Origin: Candidatus Latescibacterota bacterium | GTDB lineage: Bacteria; Latescibacterota; UBA2968 | Direction of reading: 5' to 3' | Length of the DNA: 64,000 nucleotides | NCBI GenBank assembly: GCA_965222605.1 | Contig: OZ244960.1 | Location: 3,424,001-3,488,000, forward strand | Part shown: one piece after another, positions 49,641 through 57,765 of the stretch | How the letters are laid out: each line of letters begins with the position of its first letter | Numbering within the stretch: position 1 is the stretch's first letter | Position numbers and translations under genes: made by a program | Notes under the pieces: model-generated | Database searches by the model: none | The model's input: the letters and a program-made list of their open reading frames with translations, nothing else | What the model was told of the DNA's origin: nothing

Positions 49641-50417
49641 ATGACACATATAGCAGCAATCATTCTAATTTTGGGTCTCTGTCTGCCCCAGGCTCTGATA
49701 GCAGAGGAGGTCCTTCAAGCCGGTGAGATTGACAACAGCAAGGTTGAAGTCGGTGCCTATGCCGAAGTCATCTATGGGACGGGTGAGAAACTATCTACGG
49801 CACGCGGCTACGTTCAGGCTGTTGATGCAGAGAGTTTGACCATTGGACGCGGTTTTTGGAAGGAGCAGATAGCTTTTGAGCGCATACAAAAGCTGATCCT
49901 TGCAGAGTCTGACCGCGAAATAGACAGGCTTCAAGAGGCGACCGATACCCTTTCTGTAATAGATAACAGACGACAAGGCCGAAATAGTACAGGCGGAAGA
50001 CGGATTGCCAAAAAATTGGCAGGCGGTGTTCTTGGAGGGATCCTGTTTGGTATGACAGTGGGCCTGACTGGTGCGGCGATCGTTGACTGCCCAGAGAACG
50101 TTTCATTCTGTGAAATAGAAAACTTTTTTAGTCTTGGATGGTATGGCTATGTCGTTGGCTTACCCGTTGGCATGAACCGAATGGATCCACACGACCGATT
50201 TATCTATTCATTGGCAGGTAGCCTGATCGGAGGTGCAGCAAGTCTTGCACTAACAGATTCCAAAGACGAGTTCTGGACTCTTATTATCTGCCCCCTCGTT
50301 GGCACTGCAATTATGTCCGAGTTTTTTCGAAAACCGCCAGAGAATCGTCGAGTCTCCATCGGTCTGCTACCCGGTCCCAAAGGCAGAGTATCCGCTGTTG
50401 CTACACTTCGATTTTGA
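49641..50417 (+). CDS. Array family A protein 6
   Basis: Conserved termini. Confidence 0.85.
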   Translation: MTHIAAIILILGLCLPQALIAEEVLQAGEIDNSKVEVGAYAEVIYGTGEKLSTARGYVQAVDAESLTIGRGFWKEQIAFERIQKLILAESDREIDRLQEATDTLSVIDNRRQGRNSTGGRRIAKKLAGGVLGGILFGMTVGLTGAAIVDCPENVSFCEIENFFSLGWYGYVVGLPVGMNRMDPHDRFIYSLAGSLIGGAASLALTDSKDEFWTLIICPLVGTAIMSEFFRKPPENRRVSIGLLPGPKGRVSAVATLRF

Positions 50418-50430
50418 AGAAGCTACTAAT

Positions 50431-50726
50431 ACCTGTCTGTTTCTGCGGTTACTCAGCTCTTGAGAATCGAGCCAATAGCAGATGTGATAGCCACTCAGGA
50501 TGTGGCAATTGAAAGTTTCTCAATGACTGTCCGTCTGATAGCCGATTTTAATGGTGATGGTGTGGTCAATTCGTCAGATTATGCACTTTTTTATGCCGTG
50601 TTTGGTCTATCGGAAGGTGATGATGGTTTTAATATCGATATGGATCTGAATGGCAATGGAACCATTGATACCCCCGATTATCTGATCTTTGTAAGTCACT
50701 TTGGCTCTGCTGCCCGGTTTTTTTAG
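50431..50726 (+). pseudogene. Orphan tail cassette 8 (internally deleted, essentially dockerin only)
   Basis: QDVAI fused to ESFSM at a GCAA(T/C)T microhomology. Confidence 0.78.
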
Positions 50727-50791
50727 TGCAGGAGACAACGCTTTATCAGGAGGAATCAATGAGGTACATTTCTTTCAAAAGGGAGAAACTC

Positions 50792-50911
50792 ATGAAAAAA
50801 TTAACCGTTACCTTTGTAACCGCGACTCTCCTGCTCAACGCGATGGCTCCCTCACTCGCACATGCAGCCACATACCTGCAAGGCGCACAGGTCAATTATT
50901 TTATTTTGTAG
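50792..50911 (+). pseudogene. Truncated family B gene (signal peptide only)
   Basis: MKKLTVTFVTATLLLNAMAPSLAHAATYLQG then a stop; right edge of the array. Confidence 0.75.
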
Positions 50912-51001
50912 TGCCCTGAGAAATCATCCTTCGCATTGACTTTTAATGTCTATCAAGCTATGTTTCATCAGAGATGAGTTCTGCTTTTTGGAGCGTGACA
51001 C

Positions 51002-51319
51002 ATGCAACCCGATGCGAATGTCATTGATCAACTCGTAGAGCGAATTGTCGAAGTTGTCAACCCGCTCAAAATTATCCTTTTTGGCTCGGCTGCGCGAGGC
51101 GAGATGGGACCGGACAGCGATGTGGATGTGCTCGTTGTCATGCCCAATGGTGTTCACAGGCGAAGAACAGCGCAGCATCTTCATATTGAAATGAGGGGCA
51201 TTCCTCTGCCCGTTGATATTCTGGTTGCAACACTTGGAGACCTCGAGAAACACAAAAATAATATTGGATTAATCTATTATCGCATCTTAGAAGAAGGGAA
51301 AGAAATTTATGCCGCCTGA
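51002..51319 (+). CDS. Minimal nucleotidyltransferase (MNT)
   Basis: ILFGSAARGEMGPDSDVDVLVV. Confidence 0.9.
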   Translation: MQPDANVIDQLVERIVEVVNPLKIILFGSAARGEMGPDSDVDVLVVMPNGVHRRRTAQHLHIEMRGIPLPVDILVATLGDLEKHKNNIGLIYYRILEEGKEIYAA

Positions 51320-51746
51320 TGTCTCAACATCTGGTTCACCGGCTGATTGGATTCGGTATGCCAGAGGAGACTTGGCACTGGCGCAAGTTTCCTTACCAGA
51401 AGATAGTTTTTACGAGCTGTTGTGTTTCCATGCCCAACGGGCAGCAGAAAAGAGCATCAAAGCTGTGCTTGTACACAGAGGGGTTGCTTTCCCCAAAACG
51501 CATATTATCGAGCGGTTGATTGATCTTCTTCCTGAAGATGTTTCCAAAATACCAGAACTTTCTCAATCTGCAAAGCTGTCCGTTTATGCGACTGTTTCAC
51601 GTTATCCCGGTGATGTATCAGAATCAGTTGATGAAGAAGAATATCAGGAAGCAGTGAGACTCGCCCAGGCTGTTGTCCAATGGGCAGAATCTATACTCCC
51701 TGCACCCGATACAGAATCTGAAGCCCCGGACTCAGAATCGCACTGA
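51309..51746 (+). CDS. HEPN domain protein (MNT-HEPN pair)
   Basis: W..YARGDL, CFHAQRAAEKSIKA, PKTH, SRYPG; overlaps MNT. Confidence 0.88.
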   Translation: MPPDVSTSGSPADWIRYARGDLALAQVSLPEDSFYELLCFHAQRAAEKSIKAVLVHRGVAFPKTHIIERLIDLLPEDVSKIPELSQSAKLSVYATVSRYPGDVSESVDEEEYQEAVRLAQAVVQWAESILPAPDTESEAPDSESH

Positions 51747-51800
51747 GATTTATCTTTATTCCTACTCGCTCCACTCGTGAGCTAAAGACCCTCTCGTCTA

Positions 51801-51852
51801 ATCTCCGTATCCATCCGTATCCATCCGTGTCCATCTGCGTCCATCTGCGGAT
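51801..51852. repeat. 10-bp short tandem repeat (CCATCYGYRT-like)
   Basis: ccatccgtat ccatccgtgt ccatctgcgt ccatctgcgg. Confidence 0.75.
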
Positions 51853-53690
51853 CACATTTTCTACCAATAATGAACCAGATGCCCTTCTCCCGGCCACCAC
51901 AGCGCGTCGATGAGGAAAGACAGCACGACCCCGGCTGTATAGCCCACCAGCAGACCGAGAAACGCGGGTTTGGAGCGGCGGTAGAGGTTTACACCGCCGA
52001 CGGCCATGATAATAGATTTACACGCCCAGGCGATGAAGACGGGCATGACGAGGTGGCCGGTGTTGTCGGCTGCGGATAGCGTGAGTCCGATGGGATGCAA
52101 GGGCCAGCCCGAGAACCGGTAGCGCAAGAAGGTCAACAACGCCATCAGGCCCGCTCCGATTGCGAAGAAGACCATGCGCTCGCCGTCGGGTGCTTTGGGC
52201 GTGTGCATCATGGTCAGGGTTGATCCGTAGATGCCTTTTGGATCGCCGCTAAAAAAGGGAAAGCGCGGGAAATTGTACGCCCCGTGAGAATAGCCCAGGT
52301 GCAGGGTATAAAATACGGATGCGGCCAGGCCCAGTAAGACGCTTACGCCAGCCCAGAATAACAAGGCGCGGCGGTTGCCCTGGATGAGTTCTCCCATTTT
52401 GATCGACTGCGCCACGCCGGGCGTAAATAACCCCCGCATGTAATCGACAATGGAATAGGATAGGGCAATGCCGGTCAAGCTGCCTGCGGACATGACTTCT
52501 GTGCCGCGCATGTCCATGACAAATGCCTGCGGTGTTACCGTGGCGCCCGAATACACCATTCCGGCTTCTGATACGACCCGCGCCAGACCGATATAAATTA
52601 TGGATAGTGCGCCTAAGAAAACGAGCGCGGTTGTTATATCCATGCCGATGTGGCAGAGCCAGAAGAGGACGAAAGATAGACTTACCAAAAATACAAAGAC
52701 CACTGTGCGATAGGCCAGAACTTCCTGGGAATCGTCGGCGGGATACGCCCTTTTAAACGCTTTCAGAAAGACGTCTCGCAAATGCCACCGCGCCACCCAC
52801 AATCGCCACACCACCAGACATGCCAGCGCGCCAAAACACTGATAGGCTTCGGTGGGCGGATCGGCGCTGAACGAATCGGTTGACCGCTCGATCTGGTATC
52901 CCAGGCGGTTGAAAATGCCGCCTTCTACAACGTGTAATAGAAAGAAAAACCAGACGGAAAACAATACCTGTGTGTTGGCAAAATACGCAAAGCCGATGGT
53001 GAACAGGTTCAGGGGTTCCAAATAGACGTGGGGAGAATATCGCGTAAAATTAAACTTTCCGGCGTGGGGAAAGATCCCGATTCCGGGCATGAGCGGATAA
53101 AACCAGGATAGCGAATTCCACAAAAATAATAAAAATGGTATTGCGGCCATGATCCAGAATAGTTTGCCCCGCATAAACCCGGGTAAAAATTGTTTTGACC
53201 GCGAATCTTGTGCCATTTCCAGAGGCACGGCTACGAGGGGATAGACCAGTTTCTCGTGTTCTGCCCATTGCTTGCGCAAAATGACCATCATGCTGGCCGA
53301 GAGCGCGAATACTGCGACGATAAAGCTCGCCCACCATAGCAGGGGCATCAGCCACACTTCCCAGGGCATGGATGCGCCGGGAGGCAAGCCTTCGTAGAAC
53401 ATCCGCAGGGCTTCGGGGTCTATGGGCACGACCCAAGAATCGAGGTTCGGATGATAAAATTCGCCCCACCGATTTTCGGGTGTGGCAAAGTAAATCGGCG
53501 TGGAAATGACGCCGATGAGGAATCCGGTTACGCCCGAAGCGGGTACCACGCACCCCACCATGCCGATTGCCGCAATTGCCAGTAGTTCTGAGGGCGAAAA
53601 CGCGCGGTGTGATCCCATGATTTTCAAAATCGGGTTGACGGCTGCGACCAGCAAAACGAATACGGCCATCAATGTGAGTTGAAAAAAACT

Positions 53691-55401
53691 GAGTGTGTAT
53701 CAAAAGCAAGGCGTATGAAGGGTATAAGAAATAGGGAATTAGAATCGTGTGCAAAACATGATAGGACTCCTATATTGGCAAACATTCCGTTAGCAAAACC
53801 ATGTTTGCTTTCAAAAGGAGCCCTACCATGATGACAATATACGAAAAAGAAGCCTTGTTTGACCAGTTGGATGAAGAGTTTTCTCAAATCAAAAGGTTCG
53901 TTTGCCAAGCCGCAGGTCAAGTCGAAGTGCATGAAGTAGAGGGGAAGGTTTTTCGCCAACTTCAAGATTTGGGTCGCCAACTATTATCCCGTTTTGTCCA
54001 ATTATGTGGCACAGGGTATGAGGCAAACGGTTTCAAAGAGCAAGGTAAGGGTCAAAAGATGCGCTACAAAGGTTGCCAATCGGTCTCGTATCTGTCCATC
54101 TTTGGGTCTATCCCCATCTGTCGTGCGGCCTATGCCCGTGCCGATGGGAGCTATTTCTACCCCTTAGATGAGCACTTGAATCTGCCAGCTCACAAATACT
54201 CTTATCTGCTGTTAAAATGGTTGGCACAAGATGCGGCACAGCACGACTTTCGCCAGGCGGTGGCACGCTTCAATCAGATTTTCGATCTGTCTTTATCCGC
54301 CTCATTACCGCAGCGTTTGGGGGATGAGATCGCCGCATATGTCACGCCATTTTATGACGCACAGCCCGCGCCTGACCAGGATTTGGAAGGGAGCCATTTG
54401 GCTATGAGTGCCGATTGTAAAGGTGTACGCATCCTAAAATCTGAACGGGCAGAGGGCGCGCTGGACACACCTGCTTGTGCCAGACGAAGGCGCGGTGAAA
54501 AACCGAGCCTGAAGAAAGATGCGGTTGTCGTAACCGACTTTTCATTTTATCCGCAAGCACGCACCGCACAAGAGATAGTCAAAGGCCTCCTCAATCAGTT
54601 TACCCAAAAAGAGAAAGACCAAGCCCGGAAGAATCGCCAAAAACGCACCGCATTGGGACTTTGCCACCCCCGCGAACCCATCCACAAGCATGTCTTTGCC
54701 ACCATGAACGGGAAAAAAGAGGCTTTCGAGCATCTTATACGACACGTCCATAAACGAGACCCAACCCTTGAAAAACCGATCATCGCCCTAATAGATGGCG
54801 AACCGGCTTTAGAACGCAGACTCAAAGAATGTCTCGAAGCCTACAACATGACGGATCAACTTGATGCCATTATCTTGGATATTATCCACGCGACGGAATA
54901 CCTGTGGGATGTCGCCACCTGTTTGTATGGCGAAAAAAACAAAAAACGCACCGATTGGATGCAAGACAAATTATACGCCTTGACAAGCAGACCCGTCGGG
55001 TATCTCATCGGCGCACTCCGACAGATGATGACCAAGAATAAAATCCGATTTTCTACCTCACAGAAACAGGTGCTAAAAAAGACCATCACCTATTTTGATA
55101 ACCACCGTCATATGATGGACTATGCCACCTATCTGAAAAAAGGATATCCTATCGCTACTGGCGTCGTCGAAGGAACCTGTGGCTCCTTAGTCAAAGACCG
55201 AATGGAACAATCCGGCATGCGATGGTCTCTCTCTGGTGCACAAGCCATTCTTGCTCAACGCGCTGTTGTCAAAAATGACGATTGGAACGCATTTTGGAAC
55301 TTTTATATCGACTCTGAACACCAACGGTTATACCCCAAGGTAGGATACAAAACGCTATACCAACGAGCTGCTTAAGCTTGCCTGTCATTTTGTACACACT
55401 C
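53691..55401 (+). mobile_element. ISKra4-family insertion sequence
   Basis: TIRs GAGTGTGTATCAAAA and GAGTGTGTACAAAAT (reverse complement); 9-bp TSD AAAAAAACT (53682-53690, 55402-55410). Confidence 0.92.
53828..55375 (+). CDS. ISKra4-family transposase
   Basis: SADCKGV, LIDG, ILDIIHATEYLW, GYPIATGVVEGTC..LVKDRMEQSGMRW; AGGAG RBS before ATG 53828. Confidence 0.9.
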   Translation: MMTIYEKEALFDQLDEEFSQIKRFVCQAAGQVEVHEVEGKVFRQLQDLGRQLLSRFVQLCGTGYEANGFKEQGKGQKMRYKGCQSVSYLSIFGSIPICRAAYARADGSYFYPLDEHLNLPAHKYSYLLLKWLAQDAAQHDFRQAVARFNQIFDLSLSASLPQRLGDEIAAYVTPFYDAQPAPDQDLEGSHLAMSADCKGVRILKSERAEGALDTPACARRRRGEKPSLKKDAVVVTDFSFYPQARTAQEIVKGLLNQFTQKEKDQARKNRQKRTALGLCHPREPIHKHVFATMNGKKEAFEHLIRHVHKRDPTLEKPIIALIDGEPALERRLKECLEAYNMTDQLDAIILDIIHATEYLWDVATCLYGEKNKKRTDWMQDKLYALTSRPVGYLIGALRQMMTKNKIRFSTSQKQVLKKTITYFDNHRHMMDYATYLKKGYPIATGVVEGTCGSLVKDRMEQSGMRWSLSGAQAILAQRAVVKNDDWNAFWNFYIDSEHQRLYPKVGYKTLYQRAA

Positions 55402-55569
55402 AAAAAAACTCAAGTTCAGTCTGGATGCATGTACCACGGTTTCGGCATACGTCACCCACAGGTTGATGAATACCACCGCGCCCAGCGCAAGCCCCACCGA
55501 GCGGACTGTTAGTCCCTTTTCCTGCAGGGGATCGGTTTCATGTACAAAATCTGTTTGTATTGCCATTTA

Positions 55570-55697
55570 AGAAGTGAGAAGTAAGAAGTGAGAAGTGAGA
55601 AGTCCACCCCAGTCCCCAGTCCTTGCCTTCATGCCTTTCTTCGTATCCCTTAGTGTCCTTCGCGGATCTCTCTCATCTGCGTACATCTGCGGATAAC
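55570..55697. repeat. Composite short tandem repeats: (AGAAGTR)x5, (CCCCAGT)x2, CATCTGCG repeats
   Basis: Directly visible between the two DUF6785 paralogs. Confidence 0.75.
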
Positions 55698-55702
55698 GCC
55701 TT

Positions 55703-57682
55703 TTACCACCAATGAACCGAATGCCCTTGACCCGGCCACCAGATCGCATCGACGAGAAATGACCACGCGACGCCGGCTGTGTAGCCTACGAGCAGGCCCA
55801 GGAATAGGGGCTTGGCTTTGCGGTAGAGGTTCACGCCGCCGATGCGGAGCAAAGAGGCTTTGCACACCCAGGCGATAAACACGGGCATGACCAGCGATGC
55901 CGTGTTATCCGCAGCGGAAATGGTCAGGCCAATGGGGTTGATGGGCCACCAGGAAAATCGGTATCTCAAAAATGTCAACAGGGCCATTGCGCCCGCGCCA
56001 ATGGCAAAAAAGATGATGCGGTTTGAATCGGGTGCTTTGGGCGTTCGCATCATGGTCAGGGTAGATCCGTAGATGCCTTTTGGGTCGCCGCTGAAAAAGG
56101 GGAAGCGCGGGAAATTGTACGCCCCGTAAGAATAGCCCAGATAGAGCATGAGCCATACCGAAGAGATAAATCCGGCGAGTACGCCAATGCCCACGCAATA
56201 GAATAACAGGCGGCGGTTGCCGCGGATCAGATCGCCCAATTTGATCGATTGCGCCAGTGCCGGGGTGAATAGCCCGCGCATATAATCGATCAGGGAATAG
56301 GACAATGCGATGGCCGTCATGCTGCTTCCCGAAATGACATGGGTGCCGCGCAGGTCCATCACAAATGCCTGCGGCGTTACTGTGGCACCAGAATATACCA
56401 CGCCGGCCTCGGATACGACTCGCGCCATGCCGATGTAGATGACGGCGACGCCCGACATAAAAATCAATGCGGTGCTCAGGTCCATCCCGATTTGCATGAG
56501 CCAGAATAAAACGTAGATGAGGCTGGACGACAAGATCAATACCGCCGCCCGGTAGGAAAGAATTTCTTCGCGGTCATCTACGGGATGGTTTTTGTAAAGT
56601 GCTTTGAGAACGACATCGCGTAGATGCCGCCTCGCGACCCACAATCGCCACACTACCAGACAGGCCAGCGCGCCAAAACACTGCCAGGCTTCGGTGGGCG
56701 GGTCTGCGCTGAAAGAGTCTGTTGATCGCTCGATCTGGTAGCCCAGGCGGTTAAAGATGCCCCCTTCCAGGACGTGTAATAAAAAGAAGAACCAGACCGA
56801 AAATAGCACCTGTGTATTGGCAAAATACGCAAAGCCGATGGTCAAAAATTGCATGGGCTGAATGTACATGCCTGGGGAATAGCGCGTGAAGCGAAAATAC
56901 CCCCCGTGCGGAAGGATGCCGATGCTGGGCAGGAGCGGGTATGCCCATGAGAGGGAATGCCAGACAAAAATCAAAAATGGGATAGAGGCTGCGATCCAGA
57001 ACATGGGACCGCGCATGAACGCGGGGAAAAGACGCGCAGAGAGGGCGTCTTGCGACATTTCGATGGGTACGGCGGCGATGGGATAGGCGAGTTTTTCGTA
57101 TTCTACCCATTGTTTTCGCAAAATGATCATCAGAGTGGCGGATACGGCAAATACGGCTACTACCAGGCTGCCCCACCACGCCATCGGCGCCAGCCACACG
57201 CGCCAGGGGATGGCGTTGCCGGGTAACAAGCCTTCGTAAAAGGCGCGTACAGCCTCCTGATCGGTGGGCACCATCCAGGGGTCGAGGTTGGGGTGATAAT
57301 ACTCGGCCCATCCGTTTTCGGGCGTGGAAAAATAAAAGGGAGTAGAAATTACCCCGATCAAAAATCCCGTAATGCCGGATGTGGGCACCACGCAGCCCAC
57401 GATGCCAATGGCGACAACGGATAGCAATTCGGCAGGTGCATAGGCGTAGCGGCGGTTTATAGATTTGATTAGCGGGTTGACCACTCCGATCAGGACGATG
57501 AAGATGGCGAGGAGCGTTATTTGAAATACGCTCAGGTTCAGGCGAGAGGTCTTCACCACGGTCTCGGCATACGTCACCCAAAGGTTGATGAATACCACGA
57601 TCCCAATGCCCAGGGCAACCGAGCGGAGTGTTATGCCTCTTGCAGGTTCACCTGCCGGGTCTGCTTGCAGTTCTTCGGCCAA
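55703..57682 (-). CDS. DUF6785/DUF6784-type polytopic membrane protein
   Basis: TTG start with AAGGA RBS; LRKQWVEYEKLAYPI, WWPINPIG, LYRKAKPLFLGLLVG. Confidence 0.85.
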   Translation of the reverse strand: MAEELQADPAGEPARGITLRSVALGIGIVVFINLWVTYAETVVKTSRLNLSVFQITLLAIFIVLIGVVNPLIKSINRRYAYAPAELLSVVAIGIVGCVVPTSGITGFLIGVISTPFYFSTPENGWAEYYHPNLDPWMVPTDQEAVRAFYEGLLPGNAIPWRVWLAPMAWWGSLVVAVFAVSATLMIILRKQWVEYEKLAYPIAAVPIEMSQDALSARLFPAFMRGPMFWIAASIPFLIFVWHSLSWAYPLLPSIGILPHGGYFRFTRYSPGMYIQPMQFLTIGFAYFANTQVLFSVWFFFLLHVLEGGIFNRLGYQIERSTDSFSADPPTEAWQCFGALACLVVWRLWVARRHLRDVVLKALYKNHPVDDREEILSYRAAVLILSSSLIYVLFWLMQIGMDLSTALIFMSGVAVIYIGMARVVSEAGVVYSGATVTPQAFVMDLRGTHVISGSSMTAIALSYSLIDYMRGLFTPALAQSIKLGDLIRGNRRLLFYCVGIGVLAGFISSVWLMLYLGYSYGAYNFPRFPFFSGDPKGIYGSTLTMMRTPKAPDSNRIIFFAIGAGAMALLTFLRYRFSWWPINPIGLTISAADNTASLVMPVFIAWVCKASLLRIGGVNLYRKAKPLFLGLLVGYTAGVAWSFLVDAIWWPGQGHSVHWW

Positions 57683-57765
57683 TCATTTTTCCTTCTATTT
57701 CAAATGGCACACCCCGCACGGAAGTCGGATTGCATTCCAATTCCGGCGGGGTATGAAAAAAAATC

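Larger units (their letters stand above)
37038..50911 (+). repeat. Tandem cassette array: [3' tail of surface-protein gene + variable gene] x9
   Basis: The Ig-Ig-dockerin tail at 37038-37846 recurs 8 more times, and each tail copy is followed by a family A or B gene. Confidence 0.92.
51861..55566 (-). pseudogene. DUF6785-type membrane protein gene split by ISKra4
   Basis: 5' part ...HASRLNLSFF (55402-55566) continues after the IS as QLTLMAVFVLL (51861-53681); the paralog reads TSRLNLSVFQITLLAIF. Confidence 0.9.

Noticed and set aside
37038-50911. Integron, DGR or CRISPR interpretation of the array
   Set aside because: No tyrosine integrase, attC palindromes, reverse transcriptase, adenine-specific variation or short repeat-spacer pattern seen; the repeats are long protein-coding tracts
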